Below are positions 17,542 to 27,148 of a DNA stretch of 60,745 nt, in pieces (position 1 is the first letter of the stretch; every line of letters begins with the position of its first letter). The stretch is from contig WPIF01000017.1 of NCBI GenBank assembly GCA_009773185.1, positions 1-60,745 on the forward strand. Direction: 5' to 3'. Made by a program: the position numbers and the translations under genes. The notes beneath the pieces are model-generated. The model was not told where the DNA came from. It saw only the letters and a list, made by a program, of their open reading frames with translations, and did no database searches. Origin of the DNA: Nitrospirota bacterium. GTDB lineage: Bacteria; Nitrospirota; Thermodesulfovibrionia; Thermodesulfovibrionales; UBA1546.

Positions 17542-19922
17542 ACCGTGTTCTCATCAACATCAAGGGCCTTGTGCAGGGCGTTGGTTTCAGGCCGTTTGTT
17601 TATAACCTTGCGAAATCCCTTAACCTGAAAGGCAGTGTAGCCAATACTGCTGATGGAGTAACTATTGATGTGGAGGGCGATGATGTAACTTTTTTTATAG
17701 AGATGCTTTCAAAAGAAGCGCCGCCATTATCAAAAATAATTAATGTTGATATCACGCCAATGCCTTTTTGCGGATACGAAGGCTTTGAAATACTTAAAAG
17801 CAAAGACAATGGAAGTTCTACGCTTATTTCTCCGGATATCTCTGTATGTGATGACTGCCTCAAAGAGATGTTTGATAAAACCGACAGGCGCTATCTCTAT
17901 CCGTTTATAAACTGCACAAACTGCGGGCCGAGGTACACGATTACAAATGCAGTCCCGTATGACAGGCAAAACACCACGATGTCTGTTTTCAGGATGTGCC
18001 CTGAATGCGAGGCTGAATACAATAATCCCGGGAACAGGAGATTTCATGCTCAGCCTAATGCGTGTCCGGTCTGCGGGCCGGAAGTTAAATTAGTTGTCAG
18101 CCATCAGCTGTCAGCTGTCAGCCAGGACCAAAATCCAATAGAAACTGCGATACGGCTATTAAAAGATGGGAAAATTATAGCAGTAAAAGGGCTTGGCGGT
18201 TTTCATATTGCATGCGATGCGAAAAATAAAGATGCGGTAGAAAGACTGAGGCTTGCAAAAAGAAAAAGCAACAAGCCTTTTGCGCTTATGGCGCCTGATA
18301 TCGGGACAATAGAAAGATACTGTGAGGTATCAGAGGAGGAAAAGAAGATTTTAAATTCCAATAAAAGGCCTGTTGTTCTTTTGAGGAAGAGGGCGGATGC
18401 TGATTCTTTGCCTGAGGCAGTAAGTCCTGATAACCAGTATCTTGGTTTTATGCTTCCCTACACTCCGCTGCATTATCTGTTGTTTTATTATTCCTTATCA
18501 GGGCTGACTTACCCCCCCATCCCCCCCTTGGTAAGGGGGGGCGAGAGGGGGGTGGCTAATTTCGATGCCCTTATCATGACGAGCGGAAATCTTTCTGAGG
18601 AACCGATTGTTATTGATAATGATGAGACAATCTCAAAATTATCCGATATAGCAGATGCATTTTTAATCCATAACAGGGATATTTTCATGCGCACTGATGA
18701 TTCGGTTGTCAGAAGTCACTTTTTAAGGCATAAGGCAAAACCGCTGTTTATCCGCCGTTCGCGCGGATATGCGCCTGACCCTATATTTTTAAATGACGAT
18801 GGCTCTGAGGTGCTTGGGTGCGGGGCTGACATAAAAAACACATTTACGCTTACAAAGGGCAGTTATGCAATCCCGAGCCAGCATATAGGAGACATGGAAA
18901 ATTATGAGACAGTAAAGTTTTTTGAAGAGAGCCTCAGGAATCTGAAAGCTGTTTACAGGGTCGAGCCTGTTGCCGTAGCTTATGACCTGCATCCTAATTA
19001 TTTTTCAACGCAATGGGCATTAGCGCAGGGCGCAGAGGGCAAAGGGCAAAGAGTTGAAACTTATGGCATTCAGCATCATTATGCGCATATAGCGTCTGTG
19101 ATGGCAGAAAACGGCATTAAGAAAAAGGTCATGGGCGTTGCATTTGACGGTACGGGTTACGGCACTGATGGTAATCTCTGGGGCAGCGAGTTCTTAATTG
19201 CTGACCCGGAGGATTTTAAGAGAGCGGGGCATTTTAAATACATCCCATTGCCGGGTGGCGAGATGGCAGTCAGAGATCCCTGGAGGGTGGCAGTGAGTTA
19301 TATAAAAGATATTGCAGGGGATGAGGCTATGCATTATCTGGGAGCCATAGGGTTTATTGAAAAATATGGCAAAGATAACCTGAATAATATTCTGAAAATA
19401 ATTGATAACCGGGAATTTTCACCTCTGTCATCAAGTGCTGGGAGGCTTTTCGATGCAGTTTCGGCAATGCTTGGAATATGTGATAGGAATACATTTGAGG
19501 GTGAGGCTGCAATGGCGCTTGAATCTTATACAACGGATGAAATAGATGATGATTACCCTGTGGATGTTATATTCAAGGAGAAGATAATAGTTGATTTTTC
19601 TTTGACGATGCTGCGGCTGATAGAGGATATAGCATGCGGGACTGCCAGGGGTATTATCGCTGCAAAGTTTCATAATACTATCGTGACGGTTATCGAAAGA
19701 GTCATCCTGAAGCTAAACACAATTTATAAATTATATGATGCTGTTTTAAGCGGAGGAGTTTTTCAGAATATGTATCTTCTTAAAAATACAATGAATAGGC
19801 TCAGGTCCGCAGGGATTAATGTCTATATCAACGAGAAGGTGCCGTCGAATGATGCAGGCATATCACTTGGACAGGCGTATATAATAAGGGAGAGGCTAAA
19901 GTCAGAAAAGTGGAAGGCGTAA
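17538..19922 (+). CDS. hypF: carbamoyltransferase HypF
   Basis: Acylphosphatase-like N-terminus (VQGVGFRPF), two Zn-finger pairs (CDDC...CTNCGPRY; CPEC...CPVCGP), YrdC-like 'KGLGGFH' and a Kae1-like C-terminus. ATGA overlap with hypB. Confidence 0.9.
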   Translation: MNRVLINIKGLVQGVGFRPFVYNLAKSLNLKGSVANTADGVTIDVEGDDVTFFIEMLSKEAPPLSKIINVDITPMPFCGYEGFEILKSKDNGSSTLISPDISVCDDCLKEMFDKTDRRYLYPFINCTNCGPRYTITNAVPYDRQNTTMSVFRMCPECEAEYNNPGNRRFHAQPNACPVCGPEVKLVVSHQLSAVSQDQNPIETAIRLLKDGKIIAVKGLGGFHIACDAKNKDAVERLRLAKRKSNKPFALMAPDIGTIERYCEVSEEEKKILNSNKRPVVLLRKRADADSLPEAVSPDNQYLGFMLPYTPLHYLLFYYSLSGLTYPPIPPLVRGGERGVANFDALIMTSGNLSEEPIVIDNDETISKLSDIADAFLIHNRDIFMRTDDSVVRSHFLRHKAKPLFIRRSRGYAPDPIFLNDDGSEVLGCGADIKNTFTLTKGSYAIPSQHIGDMENYETVKFFEESLRNLKAVYRVEPVAVAYDLHPNYFSTQWALAQGAEGKGQRVETYGIQHHYAHIASVMAENGIKKKVMGVAFDGTGYGTDGNLWGSEFLIADPEDFKRAGHFKYIPLPGGEMAVRDPWRVAVSYIKDIAGDEAMHYLGAIGFIEKYGKDNLNNILKIIDNREFSPLSSSAGRLFDAVSAMLGICDRNTFEGEAAMALESYTTDEIDDDYPVDVIFKEKIIVDFSLTMLRLIEDIACGTARGIIAAKFHNTIVTVIERVILKLNTIYKLYDAVLSGGVFQNMYLLKNTMNRLRSAGINVYINEKVPSNDAGISLGQAYIIRERLKSEKWKA
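18512..18556. repeat. G/C-rich hairpin element inserted in frame in hypF
   Basis: CCCCCCCTTGGTAAGGGGGGG encodes ...PPIPPLVRGGERGV... This is about 20 extra residues relative to E. coli HypF between LPYTPLHxLL and LxMTSGNLS. The same hairpin occurs intergenically at 32061 and 33386. Confidence 0.45.
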
Positions 19923-20986
19923 TAATAATCGAAAATATAAAGAAATTGCTGGACTCCATAAAAAGACCTGTGAGGCTGATGGAGGTCTGCGGCACCCATA
20001 CAGTTGCGATATTCAGGCACGGCATCAGAAAGCTGCTTCCGGAAAAGATTCTTCTTATAAGCGGGCCGGGCTGCCCTGTGTGTGTTACTTCTGTTGAAGA
20101 TGTTGAGAAGGCAATGGCGATAGCAAGAAACGAGGATATTATTTTCACAACCTTTGGCGATATGATGCGTGTGCCCGGCATTGAGAAGAATCTTTCAGAA
20201 GTCAGGGCAGAGGGCGCTGATGTAAGAGTTGTATATTCTCCAATGGATGCACTCAGGATTGCATCAGATAATAAGGATAAAAAGGTTGTATTTTTTGCAA
20301 CAGGTTTTGAGACAACATCTCCGTCTGTGGCAGGGACTTTATTTGAGGCGGACAAACTGAAGATTGATAATTTCTACATATACTCTGCTCACAAACTTGT
20401 TCCTCCGGCGCTGGATGCCCTCCTGGGTTCAGGTGAGGTCAATGTTGACGGCTTTATACTTCCGGGGCATGTCAGTACTATCATAGGAAGCAGGCCGTAT
20501 GAGTTTATAGCTGAAAAATACAGGAAACCGTCTGTTATAACAGGCTTTGATGCAGAGGATATATTGCAGGGTATATACATGCTGCTCGAACAGATTGCAT
20601 CTAACAGGGCAGAGGTTGAGATACAATATAAAAAGGTTGTAAGGGAAGAAGGAAATCCAAAGGCTGTTGAGCTTATGAATGAATATTTTGAGCCGAGTGA
20701 TGCTTACTGGCGGGGGATTGGGACAATACCATTAAGCGGCCTGAAGCTTAGAGAGAAATTCAGGCACAGGGATATAAGTTCGGCAATAAAGATTAATATT
20801 TCATTTGCTTTCGGCCCGCAGGAACCGCAAGGCTGCTCCTGCGGAGAGATTTTAAGAGGATTGAAAACACCTGACCAATGCCCGCTTTTTGGATGCGCAT
20901 GCACGCCTGAGAGCCCTGTTGGCGCATGCATGGTCAGCACAGAGGGAAGCTGCGCAGCGTATTATAAGTATGGAGGGTTTATTTGA
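19910..20986 (+). CDS. hypD: hydrogenase maturation factor HypD
   Basis: 358 aa. 'CGTHT', 'GPGCPVC' and the C-terminal Cys cluster 'CSCGE...CPLFGCAC' are HypD signatures. Confidence 0.85.
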   Translation: MEGVIIIENIKKLLDSIKRPVRLMEVCGTHTVAIFRHGIRKLLPEKILLISGPGCPVCVTSVEDVEKAMAIARNEDIIFTTFGDMMRVPGIEKNLSEVRAEGADVRVVYSPMDALRIASDNKDKKVVFFATGFETTSPSVAGTLFEADKLKIDNFYIYSAHKLVPPALDALLGSGEVNVDGFILPGHVSTIIGSRPYEFIAEKYRKPSVITGFDAEDILQGIYMLLEQIASNRAEVEIQYKKVVREEGNPKAVELMNEYFEPSDAYWRGIGTIPLSGLKLREKFRHRDISSAIKINISFAFGPQEPQGCSCGEILRGLKTPDQCPLFGCACTPESPVGACMVSTEGSCAAYYKYGGFI

Positions 20987-21214
20987 TGTTATTCAAAAAT
21001 GTTTTTCGGTTGCTACGATATTTTACGGCAGTTCTAGTCTTGTTAAAAGCGTGGCAATAGATGTCAATTTTCATCGCAACTTCCATTGAGAGGTTCTAAA
21101 TGCTCTCGAAAATTTCTTTAAGATTCCTAGTTTCGAGGATTTTAGCCCTTGGATTTCCTTGATCATCGGGCCATCTAACAAGTTTGATTTCTCCATTCGA
21201 AATCTCAATTCCTG

Positions 21215-22183
21215 TTATATCGCGTCACTGTAAGAGCAGCATCCTGTGTTAAAGTAACAGGGTTTTTCCATTGAAATTCCGCTGCTTTCCCCTTTTGCTT
21301 TTATGAATTCGAGTTCGGCGCGTTTTTCCGCAACCTTCCTGACAAGGTCATCAACATCCGCACCGCCTTTAGTCCGTAGCTTTAAGAGATCATCTTGGAG
21401 AGTCTTCAGTTCAGATTCTATTTTCCCTACATAATTTCTCGAGGCAAATACAGGCAAATGCGTGTGACCTGCGATTAATATGAGCTTATCACCATTCTTA
21501 CATCTATCCAGCGCCCAACTGTACATTGCCATATCGTGCATACTTTTCAAACTGGCATCTTTCGCAGGCGTTGTCGACCTGATTTTCAGTAGTCGCTGTA
21601 TATTGCGCCAGCCGTAACGAACAAGAACCTTGCTTATTGGTCCAAGTTGGTCACTGTCAAATGTTCCCTGATGCCCATGCACAAGAAGTATCTTCACTCC
21701 GAGAGGATTTCCATTATGAAAAATGATCATGCCTCTATATATAGGGGTTGATTGTGTGGTTATCTCGGGCATAAGATACTTGTCGATTGCTCCTTTTTTC
21801 TCCCAATAATCATCGTGGTTGCCGTAAATACGGTAATAGCGGTTTTGCTTAAGAAACTCGGCTTCAAGAGAAAGGGTATCTTTGTATGCCTTTACGACCG
21901 GCCCCGGTCTGCATTCCCACAGATCTTCTGCGTCACCAAGAATTATCAGAGTATAACCTGTTTCCAGATAATAACCCAGAGAGGCATTATATGCCTTTTC
22001 ACAGCCCAAAAAGTCGTCAGCACCGTCACGGGCACCTCTGTGCTGATCCGAAAAGATGATTATATTGTCTTTTGCAAAATCGAAACTTTCCCTATTGTCT
22101 TTGATGCTTTCGTATGTATCATTCAAACCCTTATCAATAGATTCTTGGTAAGACTTGTCTGTCTCAACTGCTCCGTCAGCCAT
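21215..22183 (-). CDS. calcineurin-like metallophosphoesterase
   Basis: 322 aa. Motifs 'IIFSDQH', 'LGDAEDLW', 'GNHD', 'VHGHQG', 'GHTH'. Cys-rich C-terminus (PCYFNTGCCSYS). Confidence 0.7.
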   Translation of the reverse strand: MADGAVETDKSYQESIDKGLNDTYESIKDNRESFDFAKDNIIIFSDQHRGARDGADDFLGCEKAYNASLGYYLETGYTLIILGDAEDLWECRPGPVVKAYKDTLSLEAEFLKQNRYYRIYGNHDDYWEKKGAIDKYLMPEITTQSTPIYRGMIIFHNGNPLGVKILLVHGHQGTFDSDQLGPISKVLVRYGWRNIQRLLKIRSTTPAKDASLKSMHDMAMYSWALDRCKNGDKLILIAGHTHLPVFASRNYVGKIESELKTLQDDLLKLRTKGGADVDDLVRKVAEKRAELEFIKAKGESSGISMEKPCYFNTGCCSYSDAI

Positions 22184-22500
22184 AGATGCCCTCCTTAGGA
22201 TTAATTATTGGAAACTTTCATTCATGTATTATTGTTGTGTTTTGTATAATCTCCTTTTGCCCTAATTGGCGTATAATCGCTGTGGCGGAAAAAAGCCCAA
22301 AGATTTGAATGTTAATCTTTTGCGGTATATAAATGTACCCATTGTCCCTTTTCTGTTCTTTTCACAATATTGAGCAATACAACTCCTTGACATTTGAGAA
22401 TTACTAAGTTAATCTGAATTTGCTCGGAGATACACGGTGACGTTGTGTCAGCGAAAGCTGGGGTAACGACCCACCCTTGGAAAAGGGGTGTCTCCGGGCA

Positions 22501-23619
22501 TTATTTTTTTTCAGATGTAAGTGATTTGTTCATTTCTATCAACTTACGCATTATCTCTTTGTCAAAATGTGCCTTTTGCCAGGTTTTATCCCTTGTCTTC
22601 AACAGACTTCTCAGGGTTGCCTCATCAATCTCTTTTAAATCATTGAAGAAAGCGTCATTAATATTGGCCTGTTCAAATTTGGTACCGATAAGAGTTGCTC
22701 CCTCAAGATGAGCAGACTGCATTGAAGCTTGATTGAACTCTGCATAACTCAGGTCTGCCTCCTTCAAGACTGCCGCGACAAGATTGCTTTTGTGAAACTT
22801 TGCATATTTAAAATTTGCCTTTTTGAACTTCGCTTCATTTAGATTGGCCTCTGAAAGCCATGCTTTTTCTAAAATTGCTCCAATTCCTCGGGCCCTGTAG
22901 AGACTTGTCTTTGAGCCACTCAGATTTGCATACTTTAACATGGTAAACCCTAAATCAGAATTGCTCAAATCGAGTCCGGACAGGTTGATGCGTTTCAGAT
23001 GGGGTGCACGAGAAAGATTTAACTCAAAGTTTTTATCGCTTTGTTTTAATAATGGGAGCTGAACTTGAAGCGCTTTTTCAAACCCCTCTATTAATAAGTC
23101 ATAAATGGCTTCGCTATTGCGTATCTTGAGATTTGCCAACAATATCATGAAAACTTGATAATGGAATATTTGATGCTCCGGTCTCAGAAATGTCAGAATT
23201 GAAACGGCTGCGCTTGCCCGATTTGACTCGCTTTCTGAGCCAAGATTTGTAATGATCGAATTGAATCTTTCATCAACTCTCCTTAGATTATCATTTTCCC
23301 TCTGCTCTCGATTAAGACGGCTCTCATTTATTAATTTCAAGATGGTAATAATCATACCGATAATGGCTAAAAGAGCGGTTATCATCGTCGAATAGTCGGG
23401 AAGTCGTCCCCAGAAGCTTTTGAGATTGTCGCTTTCGATTCGCAACTTTTCGTTTTCTAGCTTCAGTTTCTCGTTGGACAATTTCTGGTGGTCTGCGGAT
23501 ACTACCTGATCGTTAGCAAAAGATAGGCTTTGCCCAGACCACGCCCAGCCGGTGACTATAGATATAATGGAAAAAGTAATAATAAGGTGCATCGCTGTCA
23601 ATATCTTAACAATACCCAC
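22501..23619 (-). CDS. membrane-anchored pentapeptide-repeat protein
   Basis: 372 aa. N-terminal TM segments, a coiled coil, and C-terminal pentapeptide repeats ('ANLSGSKTS...ANFKYAKFHKSNLVAAVLKEADLSYAEFNQASMQSAHLEGATLIGTKFEQANIND'). Confidence 0.65.
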   Translation of the reverse strand: MGIVKILTAMHLIITFSIISIVTGWAWSGQSLSFANDQVVSADHQKLSNEKLKLENEKLRIESDNLKSFWGRLPDYSTMITALLAIIGMIITILKLINESRLNREQRENDNLRRVDERFNSIITNLGSESESNRASAAVSILTFLRPEHQIFHYQVFMILLANLKIRNSEAIYDLLIEGFEKALQVQLPLLKQSDKNFELNLSRAPHLKRINLSGLDLSNSDLGFTMLKYANLSGSKTSLYRARGIGAILEKAWLSEANLNEAKFKKANFKYAKFHKSNLVAAVLKEADLSYAEFNQASMQSAHLEGATLIGTKFEQANINDAFFNDLKEIDEATLRSLLKTRDKTWQKAHFDKEIMRKLIEMNKSLTSEKK

Positions 23620-23801
23620 GATCAGCTCCTTGTAATAAAGCGAGGGACAATGTGTAAATATTATATATTAGTGTGCCAGTTAAATTTTCATTCATTCTAT
23701 TTTTTTAAACACCAGCAATGAGTAGATAACGTTATGCGTTCGTTTGCACATTGTCGGAACTGATACAGCGTCTTAAATATATTCTTATTTGTTACACCTT
23801 G

Positions 23802-24680
23802 CTAAGCTCTATTGTATCTATGTTTGAGTTTTTCAAAACCTTGGATGCCTTCACGCATTATGATATCCCTATCTTCTGTTTGCCACTCGGTGTCGTTGAA
23901 GAATGAGTAAAGCTTGCTTGTGTTCCAAATCGCTGGCGATAGTTGTTCAAAGAATTTATCTTGTAGTTCAGGATTGTCAACATACTCGGCTTTAATTGTG
24001 TCTACTAACCGAGCAAGACTAAGAAGAGCCTTCTCACTCTTCTCATGGCCCCAAGTATCCATATTGTGAGGTGATGATGAATCTCTTGCTACAACTCGCT
24101 TCTGAATCTTACCGTCAAGGCTAGCGAGTATCTTGGGGCCGATCTCGATAACCCAATTAGCCACACGAGGATCAAACCTTTCACCGTGAGCTGCCTCATT
24201 CAGAGCAGTAATCATATCTTCAAGAGTTGATCGCTCTCGGGAAGTCAAAAGCTGACCCTTTGAAAGCTCATTCATCAAGGCACGAAGACCTTTCCGCGAA
24301 GGATTGATGTTGTTCTCTGCAGCAAGTTTTCTGAGGCTCTTTTCAATTTCTATCCGAAGACCCGTCAAGGCTAAATTTGGATTGAATTCGGCGACAGAAA
24401 GAAATGAATATTCATCTTGTTCGGATTGAGTTGTGCCTTCTTTGATTAAACCTGCCGCTCTAGCTTCCTGCCCGACTTTTTCCAGTTCTTGAAACTCGAA
24501 CTTTAGTCCGCCCGGTAGTTCTAATGACTTGAACAACGGTGATAGCCAAGGGACTAAGGCAATTATGATTAGTATTGCAACAACTCCATCTATGCTAAGA
24601 CTAGGCCATATCAGATGAGCTGTCGCAATCAGAAGTGCGCCTACGGTTATTGAATACTGGATAAACTTCCGTTTCTTCAA
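23802..24680 (-). CDS. hypothetical membrane protein
   Basis: 292 aa with two N-terminal TM helices. No recognisable domain. Confidence 0.4.
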   Translation of the reverse strand: MKKRKFIQYSITVGALLIATAHLIWPSLSIDGVVAILIIIALVPWLSPLFKSLELPGGLKFEFQELEKVGQEARAAGLIKEGTTQSEQDEYSFLSVAEFNPNLALTGLRIEIEKSLRKLAAENNINPSRKGLRALMNELSKGQLLTSRERSTLEDMITALNEAAHGERFDPRVANWVIEIGPKILASLDGKIQKRVVARDSSSPHNMDTWGHEKSEKALLSLARLVDTIKAEYVDNPELQDKFFEQLSPAIWNTSKLYSFFNDTEWQTEDRDIIMREGIQGFEKLKHRYNRA

Positions 24681-24922
24681 TTTGATATTACCCTTTCTCT
24701 AATGTTTAGCTTGCAAATGGCACATAACTCGTTAATATCCATATTTCGTATATCCCAACTCTGGCTGTCCTCCAGTATTTCTTGTGACAAAAATGCACTT
24801 TTGATTTTGTAAATGTTTTTGGTGATTATATGCCGAGACTTTTGTGAAGGTGTATTAATATCTGCATGCAATGGCAGATGAGGAATTTTGCTGTTTACAG
24901 AGATGTTTTTAACGGTATTCAC
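24677..24922 (-). CDS. small hypothetical ORF (uncertain)
   Basis: 81-aa ORF whose stop overlaps the start of the 292-aa gene (ATGA). Possibly co-translated, no homology signal. Confidence 0.2.
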   Translation of the reverse strand: MNTVKNISVNSKIPHLPLHADINTPSQKSRHIITKNIYKIKSAFLSQEILEDSQSWDIRNMDINELCAICKLNIRERVISN

Positions 24923-25017
24923 CCCGGTTCCATGAAAGGAATCGTATCAAAGCCTTTCTTTTAATGTCAAGCAGATTTTAGTTAAAGATATTTCCTTATG
25001 CTAAAATAGCATCAATT

Positions 25018-26040
25018 ATGGATAGAATCCTTCTTGAACACGGCAGCGGCGGCAAGAAAATGCATAAACTGATAAGGGAATTTTTTGCGCCTGAATTCGA
25101 GATGAAAAGCTTTGGAGATTCTGCTGTTATTGATATTATTAACGCTGAACGCCGAACGCTGAACGCTGAACGATTCAGGCTTGCTTTTACAACTGACTCT
25201 TATGTTGTCTCTCCGCTTTTTTTCCCGGGAGGGAATATAGGAGAGCTTGCAGTATACGGCACTGTGAATGACCTTGCAATGGTTGGCGCCCGACCTTTGT
25301 ATCTCAGTGCAGGGTTCATATTCGAAGAAGGATTTTTGATAAATGATATGAAGAAAATTCTTGTATCAATGGCAGAGGCTGCTAAAAAATCAGGGGTAAA
25401 GATTATTGCAGGCGATACAAAGGTTGTTAACAAAGGCAAGGCTGACGGCATGTTCATAAACACATCAGGAATAGGCGTTGTTGAAGGCGGACTTGATATA
25501 TCTCCTAAAAATATAAAAGTCGGGGATAAGATTATCATAAGCGGGACAATAGGCAATCATGGGGTTGCTGTTATGGCGGAAAGAAATGGTTTGAGTTTCA
25601 ACCCTCCTGTGCTGAGTGATACAGCTCCATTAAATCATATCATACAGGAAATGCTTGGATATGGAGAAGTGCATGCGATGAGAGACCCTACAAGAGGAGG
25701 GCTTGCCACTACGCTTAAGGAGATGGCCCTGGAGTCACGCCTCTGCTTTGAAATCAGTGAGGAGGCGATACCGGTTGCCAAAGGAGTTATAGGTGTGTCT
25801 GAGCTGCTGGGCCTGGACCCATTATATATTGCAAATGAAGGTATTTTTGTTGCTTTTGTAAAGAATGATGCTGCTGAAAAGATGCTTGATGCCCTGAAAA
25901 AAAATCCATTGGGCAGGGGTTCAAATATTATTGGAGAAGTGGTAGAATCACCTTCAGGAAAGGTCTTATTAAAGACAAGAATCGGCGGGACACGCCTTAT
26001 TGATATGCTTTCAGGGGAGCAATTGCCGAGGATATGCTGA
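25018..26040 (+). CDS. hypE: hydrogenase maturation protein HypE
   Basis: 340 aa. 'LLEHGSGG', 'TTDSYVVSPLFFPGGNIG' and a C-terminal '...PRIC' are HypE/AIR-synthase-related signatures. Confidence 0.85.
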   Translation: MDRILLEHGSGGKKMHKLIREFFAPEFEMKSFGDSAVIDIINAERRTLNAERFRLAFTTDSYVVSPLFFPGGNIGELAVYGTVNDLAMVGARPLYLSAGFIFEEGFLINDMKKILVSMAEAAKKSGVKIIAGDTKVVNKGKADGMFINTSGIGVVEGGLDISPKNIKVGDKIIISGTIGNHGVAVMAERNGLSFNPPVLSDTAPLNHIIQEMLGYGEVHAMRDPTRGGLATTLKEMALESRLCFEISEEAIPVAKGVIGVSELLGLDPLYIANEGIFVAFVKNDAAEKMLDALKKNPLGRGSNIIGEVVESPSGKVLLKTRIGGTRLIDMLSGEQLPRIC

Positions 26041-26060
26041 GATATATTAAATTTGGCAGG

Positions 26061-26100
26061 GCACAGCATTTTCGCTCAAACGCAATGCCCTGCCTGCTAC
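26061..26100. repeat. miniature (40-bp) derivative of the GGCAGG...CCTGCC repeat family
   Basis: GGCAGGGCACAGCATTTTCGCTCAAACGCAATGCCCTGCC has perfect 9-bp termini and the TTTTCGCTCA core. Confidence 0.35.
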
Positions 26101-26128
26101 TTACTGTTTTAAGAAGGAGAAATAGGCC

Positions 26129-27010
26129 ATGAAGAATTTATCGGGATTTTTTTTATCTTTATTTTTTATTTTTTCAATTTTCTCCTGTGTTCCGAAACCG
26201 GAAGTTCAACCTCCCACGAAACCCGCAAAGATTGCCGTAGTCCTTGGAGCCGGCGCATCAAAGGGATTTGCTCACATAGGGGTGCTGAAGGTGCTCGAAT
26301 CAAACAAAATACCTGTGCACATGATTGTCGGTACAAGCGCAGGGAGTTTTGTGGGTTCGCTGTATGCTTATGGATATAATGCATTTGACCTTCAGAAGCT
26401 TTCATTTTCTATTGAGAAAGGCGATGTTGTTGATCTGGCAATCCCTGACAATGGTTTCATAAAAGGGGAAAAACTTGAGGAATATGTAAACCGGACAGTG
26501 AGAAATACACCATTGGAAAAATTGAAAATCCCCTTTTATGCTGTCGCAACTGATATCCAGGCAGGGAGGGAGGTTGTGTTCGGGACAGGCAATGCAGGCG
26601 CTGCTGTAAGGGCCAGCTGCTCTATACCCGGCATATTCAGGCCTGCAAATATTTCAGGAAGAATGTATGTTGACGGCGGAGTTGTCAGTCCTGTTGCAGT
26701 TGATGCTGCAAGAAAATACGGCGCAGATATAGTTATTGCCGTTGACATAGCAGGAGACGTTGACTCATCCCAGCCCCAGGGAACGATGGAAACCATTCTT
26801 CAATCAATAAATATCATGTATTCTAAACTTGCGGCTATTCAGCTTTCAAGGGCTGATATTGTGATAAAGCCCAAAGTAGGTTATATCGGGAGCGCTGATT
26901 TTTCAAAGAGGCATGAGGCTGTTTTAGAGGGTGAAAAAGCTGCAATTGAAATGCTGCCGAAGATACAGGAGATAGTGAATAAATTAAGGCAGGAAGGACG
27001 ATTAAATTAG
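26129..27010 (+). CDS. patatin-like phospholipase, lipoprotein
   Basis: 293 aa. Signal peptide plus lipobox (FSIFSC), glycine-rich 'GAGASKG', 'GTSAG' (GxSxG) and 'DGGVVS' (the catalytic Asp of the DGA/G motif). Confidence 0.75.
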   Translation: MKNLSGFFLSLFFIFSIFSCVPKPEVQPPTKPAKIAVVLGAGASKGFAHIGVLKVLESNKIPVHMIVGTSAGSFVGSLYAYGYNAFDLQKLSFSIEKGDVVDLAIPDNGFIKGEKLEEYVNRTVRNTPLEKLKIPFYAVATDIQAGREVVFGTGNAGAAVRASCSIPGIFRPANISGRMYVDGGVVSPVAVDAARKYGADIVIAVDIAGDVDSSQPQGTMETILQSINIMYSKLAAIQLSRADIVIKPKVGYIGSADFSKRHEAVLEGEKAAIEMLPKIQEIVNKLRQEGRLN

Positions 27011-27020
27011 GGGAATAAAG

Positions 27021-27132
27021 GCAGGACAGTATTTTCGCTCATTCTCGCTCCGCTCCGAGGATTTTGCCTCTTGATTTTTATTAATTTGCTGTCTGATTAT
27101 CGGCAAAATAAACCACTCAAACACTATCCTGC
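27021..27132. repeat. MITE-like repeat element copy
   Basis: GGCAGGACAG TATTTTCGCTCATTCTCGCTCCGCTCCGAGGATTTTGCC...CGGCAAAATAAACCACTCAAACACTATCCTGCC, with GGCAGG/CCTGCC termini. Confidence 0.5.
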
Positions 27133-27148
27133 CTTTTTAGCTGGAGTA

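Noticed and set aside
21246-21270. Hairpin CCTGTGTTAAAGTAACAGG + T-run that looked like a hypD terminator
   Set aside because: It lies inside the 3' coding end of the minus-strand metallophosphoesterase gene, where it encodes ...CYFNTGCC.... That gene's stop is at 21215-21217, so this is not an intergenic terminator.
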